From Phoronis australis (taxonomy: Eukaryota; Animalia; Phoronida): a stretch of 64,000 bases of DNA. The stretch spans positions 302,872 to 366,871 of the forward strand of contig NMRA01000453.1 in the NCBI GenBank assembly GCA_002633005.1, written 5' to 3'. Each line of letters opens with the position of its first letter. Within the stretch, counting starts at the first letter, position 1. The position numbers and the translations under genes were made by a program. The notes below the pieces were generated by a model. The model was not told where the DNA came from, did not search any database, and saw only the letters and a list, made by a program, of their open reading frames with translations. Positions 38,643-52,288 of the stretch are shown in pieces.

Positions 38643-40599
38643 CATGGGGGCAATTGAGGACTAGACTTTTTACAGAATTGCGTGTTTTTGATTAATTAGT
38701 GTACTCCGAAAGCAGTTGCACCCATTGTATGCTCCCTAGGAATTGAGAAGGAGTAAGATTGACCACATCCACAGTAATGTATTCACATAATATCAGTAAT
38801 TTACAGAGATCAATAAATTTGACCTTATTGTTACTATTATTGTTATTGTAATTATCAATTTTGCATTTAAATTTTACTTGACTGGGTTCAAAACGTCAGG
38901 ATTACGTCTTACGTCAGGTAAATTATGTTCTGAGACTGCCTTATTTGGTGGGGCGTATGTGAACTTCAGTTCATTGAACTTCACATGTAATTCCAAGTTA
39001 GTTCAATCTGTCCTTGAAAGTGGCAAGTTACCATGTTCGTGGGAATCACTGATAAGGAAATTGGTTATCTGTTGAAACAATGCAGAGTTTTAGTGGCCTT
39101 GTTGGCTACACTACCAAGATTGACAGAGTAACTTCCAGAAAAGATGTTGCATGACAAATTTTGATAAAATGTGGGATATGAGATTCAGGTCAACTGAGAA
39201 GTTTAGCCAATCACTTGGTCGGTTTTCAGCTCGAAACTGTTTTGAATGCAGTGAAAGGGATATGCGGTGGAGATGATTGCCAAGATATCAGTGATTATCT
39301 ACACATCCTCTAAGTTTGATCAGGATAGACTCATTATTTGATTTTCCCTTTGCCCGCCATGTACTCTGCAAATGCTGATATTACTACATGCATAGTAAAT
39401 ATCACACGTAAATGGTTGATTCAAAAGAACTTAATTCACTCGCGCATTATCGTTTTTAGCCGAGGGAGGGAGGGAGGGAGGGAGGGAGAGAGAGAGACCT
39501 TTTTATTTACATTAAGTTATAATAATACAATGATTAAATAATTTGATTTCAATTAGGAGGCCTTCTAAAGGTTATTGACCGCTAATAAGAAGGTCCCCTG
39601 TACAAAATAAATAAATACACGTAGAAATGCAAAAATCAGTAGGAATAGGTGAAGCCATATGTATATATAACATACTTAAGAAAACAAAGTGAATTAGCGC
39701 TGAAAACGACCGACACGCCATCAACCAAGAAGTGGACTGGCACAGCGCCGGAGATTTTGGGAAAACCATAAGAAACTGTAACATATGAAGCAATTCGAAA
39801 TATGACAAACTGGATCGTAGTTGCTAATAATAAAATTGGTTAAGAACCTGGAGAATGCTTGCAAAGAATGTGTTTTTATTATATTTAGAGCAGAGAGGTG
39901 TAAGCTATGGACAAAACTGTGTGGACGGCCACACGTATTTCTCAACGTGGCAATGTTGCGTGATTATCCGAAGGCTAAACACAAATATATTTGTTCCAAT
40001 TTTCGTATTTTTCAGTTTTGTGGCTATAGTTTAGGTCTATCTGATTTCAACTACGGGGTTTCACTCGCCTGGCGGCATTTGTCTCGACAAGACCAGCTGG
40101 TTCCGAGCACTGCCACTGGCACTAGCCCCAGGGGTAGTCCCCCGATTGTTGTTTTAAGGACACTTTTATAAAACATCGTTTTGTTTCGTAGCAAAAATGA
40201 GAAACCATTTTTATTTTTCTTTGTTATTCATATACCCGTAGGCTGGCGTCCAACTGAACCTCTCTCCAAAATTGACATATTCAATCGGCATAGCGTTACT
40301 GGATTACTGAACTCAAAGCAAGTGAGGTGTTCGGTCTCTGAGTATTAGGTCCAAATGATCATGGGAAAACAATAGAACGAGTGTAGCAAATTCACAAATC
40401 TAAAATTTACTATAAAAACCAGTTTAATTCAATTTACAATTTTCCTCACCCGTTTCAGTTTCACCATGACAGCTGACCAGAATTCACGTCTCAGTAAAAA
40501 CTCTGTTGAATGCTCATCTAAAGGACCGACAACGGTGATCCAGAAACTCAAACTATTGAACCAGTAGAACGTGGGTGCAGTTTGGCGATATGGTCAGTA

Positions 40600-41290
40600 A
40601 ACACTTTATTCTTCTTATCGAGAATTTGTATCATGGCACTCACATCGGGATGAATCCGTTGTATATGCACGTGTATGTATGTCACAAAATCACAGAAAGA
40701 TGCTCCAGACACTAACAACTGCCCTCGAACTTAGAAGCAATGACTATGATTTAGTTTTCGCAACAAAATTTCGTCTCCAAATTTTGACAAAAACAGAGAT
40801 TCCGTTTTCTCGTAAGTTGTAAGGCTTCTTGAAGATTCATGTGTCGTATGTTGTATGGGCATTTCACTTCTAACAGCCCTACCTCTCCATTGTCGCACAC
40901 TTTCCCATCAGGCGAAGCTCCAATGAATAGAAATTCGGGATTAACTATAATTCCGCAGTCATGAACATGGTTCCCAGTTTACTTCTGATACGTGTTCTTG
41001 GCAATTGTTTCATTGAACGTTCCCTAAGTGGTGGCAGCTTCCTGAAATGGTTTGGGATTTATCGCTGAATTTACTAAATTGTCTGTAATTGGAGTCTTAC
41101 GAAGCATAAACCTCCCAAAATTTGACGCTGTAATTCTCAGTTTTCTCACTTCAAACCATGAAGAGCAGTTAGCTTAGGCACGAGTGTCTTTCTCTAGCTT
41201 TCTGGCATCTTCAAATGTCATCTTCATAAACTGATATTCCTCAGCATGGTACGCGATAGCACTACCAATAGGACTGGGATGTAGGAAGTT
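40600..41290 (-). pseudogene. YqaJ/lambda-exonuclease-like ORF of an ISL2EU transposon, disrupted
   Basis: My translation: LEKDTRA*ANCSSWFEVRKLRITASNFG...*GTFNETIA...DCGIIVNPEFLFIGASPDGKVCDNGEVGLLEVKCPY...GQLLVSGASFCDFV; YqaJ motifs (W...R..RITAS, GASPDG, EVKCP, GQL...CDFV) with in-frame stops. Missed by the ORF track. Confidence 0.88.
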
Positions 41291-41699
41291 CAGATCACCA
41301 CAAGGCTTTGATTCTCCAGAAGCTCGTTCGGGCGGTTAAGCCAGAGGAGCCTGCGATAACAAGACAGAAATAAGAAGGAAATCCATGAAAAACCTTGCAC
41401 AATAATTAATATAATATATTTTTTTCTGTCTTTGAGGTTTAAGTACATTTCACCTTTGCTGATCGAAGCATTCTGAACGTCAGTGAGGTAAATCAGCAGT
41501 GAAGTTTTTGACTCTGAATTGCCTGTCTCAGATGTGTTTTCTATTTCAGGCACATCAGGTTTGGGTTATCTGGCCATGGCTGTTGAAAACAAACTCCTTG
41601 AAGCAACGTTGGAAACTTTAACTGACGAAGCTCATCGAGGAAAAATAAAAGCTGAAACAAAGAATGCATCCACCATGGGATTTTGTATTGCTTCGCTCA

Positions 41700-42567
41700 A
41701 AATAGTCACTTGAAGGATAATTTCGAATACCCCACAGGATTCACCTTTGAAGAATTTCAAAATATTTTTGATGTCCTAGTCCCATACAAGCTCGAGTCTC
41801 CCATGAACTTTTCCAAAACAATCAGTAGAACATATCACTGCAAGATCAGCTCCTGCTTACGATTTCAAACACTTGGCAACTCTTTTTGGGATATCTCCTC
41901 AGGATGATGCAGCACTGTTCAGGGATTGGATCAACTTCATGTTCGACAAATTTGGATCTGTTACAATTTGGCCAGAACGCAACATTCTCTACAAACATGT
42001 GCCGCCAAAGTATAAGAAAGAATTTCCATACACTTTCCTCTCCATAGATGGCACAGAAATCAAAGTGGAAAAGCCGACTTCTCTGAGAAGCCAAAGCCAG
42101 TGTTACTCAGATTACAAGTCGAGTACCACTCTAAAAGGTTTTGTAAGAGTAGACACCAGGGAACCGTTTACTTTTATATCCATGCTGTTTTCGGGGTCAG
42201 TGGCAGATAATCATATAACAATATCAAGTGGCTTACTGATAATGCTTCAGCAACTCATTGATTGCGTAAATTAAAACAAGGTGATGGAATCATGGCAGAC
42301 AAAGGCTTCTTTATTAGAGAAGAAATTGAAGAAATTGGACTGAAGTTATATATCCCCCCTTTTGCAACAGGTTGTGGTCAGATGTCACCTAGTGATGTTG
42401 CCTTAACCAAAAAGATAGATGCTCACAGGGTCCATGTTGGAAGAGCTATTTCAAGAGCAAAGAAATTCAAAATTGTTGACCATAGATTAGCGTTAAGTTT
42501 ATTTGCTTTTGCAAATCGGATTTGGTTTGCATGCTGTTTGTATCTGGATTCACGCCAAATCTCATAA
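41700..42567 (+). pseudogene. ISL2EU/PIF-Harbinger-related DDE transposase (DDE_Tnp_4 type), frameshifted
   Basis: YPTGF..EEF, HTH LATLFGIS...WINFM, IDGTEI.VEKP...YSDYK..TTLK, GDGIMADKGF, IPPF, RVHVGRAISRAKKFKI (the catalytic E reads G); split over three frames. Confidence 0.9.
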
Positions 42568-43759
42568 AGGGATAAAATAAATACTTAGCTTAATTTGACT
42601 AAGCTTGATTAAACTTAAAAGGTTACTAAATGGCCTGTGACGGATATAACCAACTCTGGCTTGTACGAAAATGTACGACATATTAGATAATTTGTTAACA
42701 ATATTTATTCCATTCGTTTTCCACCCTTGGAACAAACTTCGAAGCTCAACAGAACATCGGTAAAGCAACTGACCAAGAGATATGATTAAAAGACACACGA
42801 TATTTCGAAACACAATTGTTTCATTTTCAAGTGGAAAAATAGTGACACAGTAATGCCACAACAGAGCAAAAGTTAACACACACAGGTGTGAAATACTGTA
42901 AAGAATGACATATGGAGGAGGGTAACGAGTGTAGCGTGCGGCCAGCCCCTGTTTGCTGCTCATTCAAAACAGTTTTCTCTAATGCAGTTACAACAGTACA
43001 TGGTAGTATGTTAATTTGGCGCGCGTCAAAACGCGGGACACTTAGATGGTGTAGCGGGATGGCGCAAAAAATAAAGTGGGACAGTCCGCAAAGATCGGGG
43101 GCAATTGGCAAATACACCGTACAGTGTCAGGAACACCAAGTACTGGATTGGGTTCTTTTACAAGGTAAATTTTTCATTTCATAAAATTCACGGGAATAGT
43201 TAATTAATGTACTACAGATTATAGCAGTTATAGGTAAATATTACAAAATAGCAGAGTCAGATGTACTGTAACCCACCTGTTTGTAGGGCGTTTCATTAAG
43301 GCCAAATATAACGTATTTCCTTAGAATAACGTAACATGATTTTTTTAACACCCAAAAGTGTCTCGTTGAAAAACTTATGACGAGCAGAACGGGACGTTTA
43401 AGGACAGTTTGGCAACCTTCCTCCTACAAGAATGGCGGAAAGACCCACGGACCAATTCTTGTCTCACATCGCGGAAACTGTATTCCCCTTTCTTACAGTG
43501 GTACCGTGGCAGCTGAAGAGGCTGGCATGCTTCTTGCCTTCCTTTTGAGCCAACTCAAATGGCAATGCATTGATCAGGGCTTCTGACACAGATGTTATTG
43601 TAATTGTCATTGGAATGATAGCGAGAAAACTAGAAAGATTATTGTCACGGCGTGACAATAATGGACTCTGCGTCGGAGGTCGTGATCTTTTAGAAAAGCA
43701 GAGCTATTTTTGTCAAATAATGCTTTTACTCAAAACCAATTGAAAATCAAACAAAATGA

Positions 43760-44260
43760 AAAGAAAGTGAATCTATAAATTAAGGTTTAGCAACTATTAT
43801 AGCTTACTACACATTTTATCATGTTAAGCTTCGACCGAGAAAATACTGCTAAAGTAAGTTACCACTGGTAACAGAGTATAATGCTCAAGTTGAAGGATCC
43901 CGACGACACATTACCCGCATTCAAATTGAAGATCGGTGATTTACAAGTGAGAGAAAATGAGAGATAAATTTCACTGAATTAAAATATCGTTTTTATGGAA
44001 CTTATGCGTCTTATTTTTCATAGCGTGTAAATGTCGGTACAATGCCCTTTGTTGAACATGCGATTGTTGCGCGTGCTCATTTAAGTATTCTATTTTCACG
44101 TTCGATGACGTCAGCCGCTGAGTGGTGCAGTGGTAAAGTCGACGACTTGAAACTCATGTGGACCGGGTTCGAAACCGGTCTCGATTCCCGCCAAAATGTT
44201 ACCTCACTAGTGAGATAACTAAATGGGTTATTACACGGTTGTATTGACCATTCGAGGCTG
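43760..44260 (+). mobile_element. Single-arm copy of the 26-27 kb foldback family, including a tRNA-like segment (44114-44185)
   Basis: Alignable to 26250-26790; A-box-like TGGTGCAGTGG and B-box GGTTCGAAACC. Confidence 0.7.
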
Positions 44261-46959
44261 ATATTGAGGTATAAATTTATTTATCAGATTCCACTCTTCA
44301 TGAGATGCAAGAATTTCGAGGCACAGTATTTCAAACATTCACTTCGTGAAAAAAGCTGAAACTAAGCATTCTGACACTCAGTAACAATAGTCCATATTTT
44401 GCATTTGAAAACGTGTTTAGGTGGAGTTATCCCTGGAACTGATACTAGTCGCTACTAATTCTCAAACACGGAGTAACTAATTGCTGCATACATACACATA
44501 TACATGAAGCCCAATTACTTTGTGGGACATAATTGCTACATGTATTGTCATCCCCAGTATCTGCTACTCCCCGGCACCGGGAGCCGTAACGATCATAAAG
44601 TATAACACTCAATAACAAATTTTGCCAACCAAATTTCACTTGACCTGAATTGCATCAATCTGAGGCCAATCAGATAGAATAAAAAAATACACAAAAAAAC
44701 ATTACGTGAGACAAGCAATGAAACCTACATTGTAGCTGGAACCAACATTGAAATTACCTTGCATGCAATTGCTACATGACAAATCGCAGAACGTATAACA
44801 CAACCCAAATTACAAAGTACACACAATTTTCAACATAAACATTTATTTTGAGAGTACATAAAACTGTGTCTGATTCATTCCTAGCCAAAACTTTTGGGGC
44901 CGATTTACATGTCCTGTGGTACATCTATCTGGGCTCCAATAAAAAGTGTGGGTGATTTTCTAAAACGGAACTGAGTCTAACAATAGCATTTCATTTCTAA
45001 ATCAGGATCAAAATAAACAAACAGGATTGAATTATACAGTTGAATTCAATTTTCAAAGTAAGGATTGATTTTTCTTTTAAATTTATTTTATATAGTGTTG
45101 AATTTATGAAACAGCATTGAATTTCCTAAATGGTACAAACGTATGCCTCCATACACCCCATCTCTTGAACTACTTGTTTTGGTTATGCAATTGAAACTGA
45201 AAAATCACCCAGTCACATTTAATTCCATTTGAATCCTCGGACTTGAAATTGGTACACATTACTTACACTGTATCATTTACAATTACAAACAACCAGGCTT
45301 TTTAATTGACATTTGCCCAAAGGTAGCTAAGACCTTAAAGCCTATCTTGAACTGTAACACCTGTAAATTTGGTTCCTGCAGTATGTTAAGAGCACTGCTC
45401 TGAGCCCATTAGTGCAATAAATTGCCAATTGTAACGAACTGTTTTGTATTGGCTTGTTTTTGTCTACGTCACGGCGGAAATCACCTTTTAATCAACCAGC
45501 TGCGAATAACACCAGCACACAGTGGTGTTCTGTGCAGACCCCCATTCAATACAACTGTTATCGGCCTGTTGTTTGTTTGTGCTGGGATCTCGCGGTTGCA
45601 CAACTTAACACGAAAAAGGCAGCTTCACTTATCATTTGAGGGGCTTATATTTGCGCGATAGAAATCGAGTTTTCTTATTTTACTAAGGCTTTGCTAGGAC
45701 TATCTGGTCAGCCCAATACATCTAAAATAACAAAATTTCATTGAAGTGAGGCTTTAACCACTGTTGCCTCTTTAGAAATGTAAATGGTTGGACAATGCTG
45801 CTACTGTATAGCTGACGACAGATACCTGTTGCCGGTTGCATAAAACAATTCGAAATAGGGATTCAACTAAGGTCCCTAAGTGTTTTTGCGTATTTGTGTC
45901 TTTCTTGACACAATATTTTTCTACCGTTTCATCTTTATTATGAGCTCCTCTTTGATTAATGACATTTTCTAATAATATTTATTACTAAAAACTGACCGCA
46001 GAGTTCATTGACAATAAACAGGGACTCGGTCCTTAAATTGGGGGTGTTGCATGAAATGATCCCTAATTATTTTCGGAAACATTGACAATTCAGCGTAGAG
46101 TTCACTCTAGATTTGTATCAAAGTCAAAAGTTGACTTAGTAAAGAAACTAAAACAATACAAGAAAGGGTAATCGATGTTGTCACAAGTCCAAAAATACAC
46201 AGTAGATTTAGGGAGCTTGGTTGAGCCCATATTTGGTACTGTTTCATGAACCCGGACACTGGCCCACTTAATAACGAGATATATCATATCCCATTCCCAA
46301 CAGTGCTCTGTTGTGTAAAAGGAAACGGAGCCACAGACAGAGGTAAAAGTTTCATACCTCCACCCAAGGACAAAGATATCTTTTATCCCTAAAATAGAGG
46401 ACTTTTCATATTAGCGCTCTCTGAAGTACATGTATAAAAGAGAGTAAGAAAATTACTTACGTTTGGTCCCGACTCAGATTTGATGGACAGAAAGTCACAA
46501 CTAATGGTCCATTTATTTAAAGACATTCAATCTCAACCCCTCCCATTGTCTGATTAGGTTAACTTTTTAATTTTTTTTAGCGCATTGACATCGGCTGGGA
46601 TGATATTCTCCCGCTTTATCATGCGAGGCATCAACTATGAAACTGCGGATTTTCCTTTGCAGTGGGAAATGAATGGGAATGATATCTTTCACCCATAGAT
46701 ATTCTAACAGGTTTTCGTTTTTTCATGTATACCACTGCATATCAGTGATAATTTGCCCGCCTTTTGAAAGGTTTTGTTAAAACGCTGTTTGTAGTAGTAG
46801 GTTGAAATATCCCGTCCCCATAACATGGGATCTGTAGGTCCCTGAATGCCTATCCATCAAAGGCAGGATCGCCATGAGGCCATCAGCTCGCAAGATTGCC
46901 TAAATTGGTAAATTAGCAACATTACAATCGCAGAGTAGCATGGTTTCCGCTACCCTTCA

Positions 46960-48110
46960 GATTAGCAAGAATAGCGTTGATACGGTCGCAGATTAGCGAC
47001 CCAGACATCAGTCTAATAAGCGCCACCTTACGTGTATGGGGATGCAAGCCATGCACAAAGTGATGTAATGTTTTCACTATACAACTGAAGAATAGCTAAT
47101 GTGGATAGTCGCTAGAATCGCAATAGCAGCCAGTCAGAATAGCCTGTCTTGATGTACATGTAGGTCAAGGAAAGCTGATTAGCGTAATTGTATCTCATTA
47201 ATTATGATCAGCGATTCTTCACCATTAGAACACTACGGGGCGCTATATACACAGAATAACAGGCTTCCCTTGCGATTCTAGCATTTGTGCATATTAGCTT
47301 TCACTGGAAGCTTCCAATCATATGTTAACAGCCAATCAACGATTCTTCACCGTTGGAACCACTTGGGATCGCAAACTTACACGGAATAATGGGCTAATAT
47401 GTGGAAGAATCGCAAGTGGAGCCCGTCAGAGTAGTCTGTTATTCCTGTAAGGGTTGCCGCTAGTGCTCCCAAGAAGAAACATTGCTGATTAGCTGCTAAT
47501 ATTCATGCGATTGGGAGCTTTTAATCGATGCTTATATGCGGAGTCGCTACAATCGCTGGAATCGCAAGAGTAGCCCCGTCAAAATAGCTTTTCATTCCGT
47601 GTAAATAACGCCCCCATTGCTCTAAAGTTGAGGAATCACTGATTAGCCTCTAATATGCGATTTAGAGCTATCAATTGATGCTAATATCCAGAATGGCTGC
47701 AATTGCAAGTGAAGCCCGTCAGAAGGGCCCTTCATTCCGTATAAGTAGCGTCCCCTAGCGGTGTAATGATTTCATAAAGCTCAAGAATCGCTGATTAACT
47801 CAATCTCATCTTAGCAGCTATAGTCAGCGATTCTCCGTCATTAGAACACTAGGGGCGCCATACACACGGAATAATAGGCTGATAACTCAATCGCATCTTT
47901 GCAGCTATAATCAGAGATTCTTCACCGTTAGAACACTTGGGGCGCTACATACATCTACGTGTAATAACAGGTTGCCTTTGCCATTCTAGTATTTCTGCAT
48001 ATTAACATCAGTTGAAAGATTTTAATCACATACATCATGTACGTGTATTAGCCGCTAATCAGCGACCCTTCACCGATAAAACCGCTACACATTGAATCGT
48101 CCCGGAGCCT
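46960..48110. repeat. Degenerate minisatellite in alternating orientations just downstream of the copy B stop codon
   Basis: Recurrent AGCGATTCTTCACC(A/G)TTAGAACACT.GGGGCGCTA..TACACGGAATAA motif forward at about 47210, 47340, 47825, 47915, 48060 and reverse at about 47440-47800. Confidence 0.75.
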
Positions 48111-48283
48111 TCTATTATAATATAGGGCCACGCTATTTGGCTCCTTCGGGCGGGGCACCTCTATTAATATAAGGTGGTCAAAGGACAAAACCCGCGGACA
48201 CGGCATGAATTCCTTGGCAAATAAACACACATTTTCATTGCATGGCTGTTTTAGATGGTTTCATGAATTCGGCATTTCGATAT

Positions 48284-48622
48284 TCATAGTTCATACGATG
48301 GAGTGTATGTGAAGATGTATATTGCCATAGCAGCTGTTATAAATATGAACACGTAAAAAAACAACTGATCCATTACTATACCAATCAGCTGCCATTCCTC
48401 AGAAATTACTGCCTCATCTTCTTTCTTTTTAGACATTGCTTGCAGGTAAGAAACCGTAAGCATTATTTGTTTTAGGTAATATTCGGCCAATGAAGACTTT
48501 CGATCGATGTCTTCGACTTGCATGTCGATACTTTCAAATCCGATAGCTTCAATGGGGTCGTTTATGTGGGTTTCTTTTCCCGGGGCCACCCTTAATGTTT
48601 TCAGAAGCTCAAGTGGATGTAC
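48284..48622 (-). CDS. nAChR copy B terminal exon (MA, M4, stop)
   Basis: Same size (339 bp) and acceptor context as 11704-12042; ...EEWQLIGIVMDQLFFYVFIFITAAMAIYIFTYTPSYEL*. Confidence 0.9.
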   Translation of the reverse strand, partial: VHPLELLKTLRVAPGKETHINDPIEAIGFESIDMQVEDIDRKSSLAEYYLKQIMLTVSYLQAMSKKKEDEAVISEEWQLIGIVMDQLFFYVFIFITAAMAIYIFTYTPSYEL

Positions 48623-50476
48623 CTGAAAAAACAACGATGCACAATTTTTAATTCGATGTAAACGTGCGCAAATATAACGAACACGCCTGCTTTTAATTTA
48701 TTGAACTTTCAAAGGCCTCCCACGCGTAACTGTAGACTACTTCAAGATACGATAATACCGACACAGTGTGGTTCCAGTAATACCTGATTTTAAAGTCTAA
48801 TCCAAACTACGTTAATTATGTAAATCAGTAAATCGAGTCAGACAGCCCTCCAAAAGTGCAAAGCAATCTGGCATTTCAAGAAACTCATCATTAGAAGCGC
48901 CTCGGAAATGTGTAGAAAGTAATTCCTTCTCACGGCGTACCGTTGTCTCATTTTACTTCCATTGTACCTGTCTTTACCCCAGATGGTTTAAAATGGATTC
49001 CGTTAACGAACAAAATACATGGTACACAAAACGAACCGAGAGTGGCGTAGATATATAGGTTATCCAACATGCATTGGAATACTAGAATTCATTTCATCTG
49101 GGAATGTCCCAGTGAGACCCAAGATTTATCATGGCTGATATTGTTAGCCGGAGACGCTATTTCGCTTGACCTATTTATGATGACCCACACTGAAACTTCA
49201 GCGAGGCCCAAAAATAGCCGCCTGATCACCATGCGTCGGTATTTTCATCGATAAATCATAATATGCTTTTAGAGCAGTAAAATTGCCTTATCAGTAACAA
49301 CGCCTTGTATCATTACTTTAGGTAATCCAAATGATAGAGCCCAATTAAATTTGGCGTTGCACACGCAAATTTATGCCACCGGCAGACTGCACACCTACCG
49401 CGAATAGTGGTTTCTACCAAGGTATACGAATTGGCTCTACTCTCTCGTATTTCACAGTTCATAACGTGACGTATACAACATCCATATTTTCACATATATG
49501 TGATAAGAAGTAATATCCCACGAGACATTACTCCACCTTCGGTCTCGGTCGATACGCGAAATAATGTCTTGTGGGATGTTACTTCATCTACGCCAATCGA
49601 GGTAGGTTGACGTATTTATCCCATGCAAATCGAATTCCTAAGTTTCTTTCATTTTTTTCGGCCGATTTTTTAATACTTCACCCAGACTGTTCACGTGGCG
49701 GATCACATCCCATATATATATATTGCACGTTAGGTTACAAGTTTTCTCTAGTGAAATAAACAGTTTTAAGTGTAACGGTTTCTTACTTGAAAAGAGATAA
49801 CAAAGATGAAGGCAACGGTAATTAAGCATTGAACTTGTTAAATTTCCTAATAGTTAAACATCAACAATATTTGATATTGTAGTTACGGAGGAATCTGAGA
49901 CAGAAGTGTCATACAATTAACAGTTTTGTACCAGATGTTACGTTAGACACCAGATTGCATGTCGAGTGTTGTTTATACTGCTCAACTTGTATTACTTTAA
50001 ACTATATTCGAAAAGTTTAATGATCGAACCGGCTAACGACGTCGAGTCGACATCGACCTACTCTTTAAACTTTTCATGTCTGAGGGCACTCTTGAAGTAG
50101 TGTTATTCTTTTGATGAAAAATAAATGTGATGATCGTAAGGTATCGTATAGGCCAGACGTCGTTATTAGCATTTCCAATCATTATCTCAAAGGAAGGCAA
50201 CGTGTGATATTGATTTAATGAGAAGGATGTGGTACATGCATGTAACGGTAACCACTACCACTTGAACGTAATGTAATCACAGGACTGGATACCCGAATCC
50301 CTCACTGCTGGTTTACTTTTATATTTTTTTGTAATTGAGGAATATGAAGTGTTCCTTTTGACCCTCCAGTATTATGATCCATTCTTGACTGCCATATTTC
50401 AAGTCAATTGTTTAAAATCAACAATTCTTTGCCCATTCAAATGTACTTACTCCATATGCCCTTACGTATAACTTAC

Positions 50477-50685
50477 TTTTGATTTTTTTCTTCCTTTATG
50501 ACAAGCTAGTGTTTGTCTAACCAGATCTTTCTTGCAGGTGATTGTAGCCACCCAATCAAGTGCGATTTTCCTCAGCCAAGAGGGTATTCTTCTACCGTGA
50601 GAGCCGCCGTGATGTGTTGCCAAAATAAGCACGGAGAAGACCGTAGATAATACCACGAGGACGATTGAAGCAGCAAAGAATTTTC
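50477..50685 (-). CDS. nAChR copy B M3 exon
   Basis: 209 bp, AG/GTAAGT; KFFAASIVLVVLSTVFSVLILATHHGGSHGRRIPSWLRKIALDWVATITC...KKSK. Confidence 0.9.
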
Positions 50686-51770
50686 CTAAAAAACATCCAT
50701 CCAGTTGTAACGCAATATGAATGTATACATTTGAGTAAATGAAATAGCACACTTGATAAAGCAGCAGAGGACAATTCTCAACAAGAGCAAAATAAAGCAC
50801 TGAAATGAGGTAACATTTTTGTCAATAGTTGGAATTATACTTTGCTATTTTAACGTTCTCAGTAGTGACAGACCAGTCCCATTGATCATGTCCAGTTAAA
50901 CATAAAAACGACTAAGTAAAAAGTGACCGGAATGGTATTTTGAAATTCTTTCTTCTTTATAAAACTGACATCCAATGAGACGGTTCCACAACGAATACGT
51001 GTATCTGATGTTATATTCGGCTTGATAATAAAACAAGTCGAAATGTTGTAGTAAACTTGGGAGACGAAATGACCCAGAGCTGAACACCAAACAACAGGTG
51101 AAAACGATCCAGTTGAACACTGCCGATATCACCGGCAGAGTTTTCCCTAAACCAACGAAGGAAAACATCCGGGGTGTTCTTGTAAAAGACACGACTGGTA
51201 TACGTATTTCACCAGTCTAACTTCCCATCTCAGACTGTGAAAACTGCAACATGTCCCTATTCCACAGTATTATCAGAATTGCCTTAACAGGTGATGCATG
51301 AAGAGCAGAGCTTGCTATGTCAACAGAACAACGTCATTCCATCGCACGAATAGAGGTTAGTTCACTCATTACTTTTCTCAAGAAAATCGGTACGTCACAG
51401 TCTGGGCGTTCTTTGTATGAATGGAAGGCATAAAGACCACGCTTTATACAGCCGTGAAAACAGCTGCTTTATTTGACTGAGCCGGAACAACTAATGCGTT
51501 CACATATGTAAACTCACAAACTTTTTTATCTGGTGTCATGCTGTGGAACAATCTCGAAACTGACCTCCGTCAAAGCAATGTATTAATATTTTCAAGTCGA
51601 GGTACTTTGTTAGTATCTAATAATTCTAAGATCTTAAACTGTTTACATGTACTATTCTTTTACCCATTTGTGTCAAGATTCTTTTTAACGCTTTATCTGT
51701 CTAAGTTAAATCCTCTAGTCAACTATTTTTAACATGATTTTTATCATTTCTTTAAAACTATTACTGCTGC

Positions 51771-51932
51771 CAGGGGCGGATCCAGAATTTTGAGTTGGGG
51801 GGAAGGGTCCAGGACAGAGTATTGGCTAGGATTTTGGCCGTCAGACATTCGCATCGTCGAGCCGCCAATTGTAATCTGGGAGAATTTTAGGGGGGCCATG
51901 GCCCCCTTGGCCTCCCTCTAAGTACGCCATTG
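51771..51932. mobile_element. MITE, CAGGGGCGGATCC...CGCCATTG, imperfect 5-bp TSD (GCTGC/GTTGC)
   Basis: Same family as 28042-28200; inserted at the start of the microsatellite and absent from copy A. Confidence 0.75.
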
Positions 51933-51944
51933 GTTGCAAATACA

Positions 51945-52220
51945 ACTGCCACTGCCACTGCCACTGCAACTACTACTGCTGCTACTACTATTCAATCAGT
52001 TGCTGTTGCCACTGCTGCTATTACTGCTGCTACTGCTGCTGCTGCTGCTACTGCTTCTGCTACTGCTGCTGCTGCTATTACTGCTACAGCTAATGCAGCT
52101 GCTACTGCTACTGCTGCTGCTACTGCTACTGCTACTCAATCAGCTGCTGTTGGTACTGCTGCTATTACTGCTTCTGCTGCTGCTTCTACTGCTACATACT
52201 GCTACTGCCAGTGCTACTAA
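51945..52220. repeat. (CTG/CTA)n microsatellite
   Basis: Seen directly; source of the poly-A/T and poly-L ORFs. Confidence 0.95.
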
Positions 52221-52288
52221 CTGCCCGATTGTCAACGCAAGGGATAGGGAAGGTTGACAAATTTTATACAGTGTAACACTTTATTTAA

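Noticed and set aside
40600-41290. Prophage or bacterial horizontal transfer (YqaJ recombinase)
   Set aside because: It is adjacent to an ISL2EU-type transposase, the known eukaryotic context, and no other phage genes are present.
42912-43184. Possible Kolobok transposase fragment (WDSPQRSG...QVLDWVLLQ)
   Set aside because: Resemblance is too weak to call without a profile search.
44114-44185. Functional tRNA gene
   Set aside because: A and B boxes are present but acceptor and anticodon stems do not pair convincingly, and it is embedded in a multi-copy repeat.
46960-48110. CRISPR-like array
   Set aside because: Eukaryotic context, degenerate units in both orientations, no unique constant-length spacers, no cas genes.
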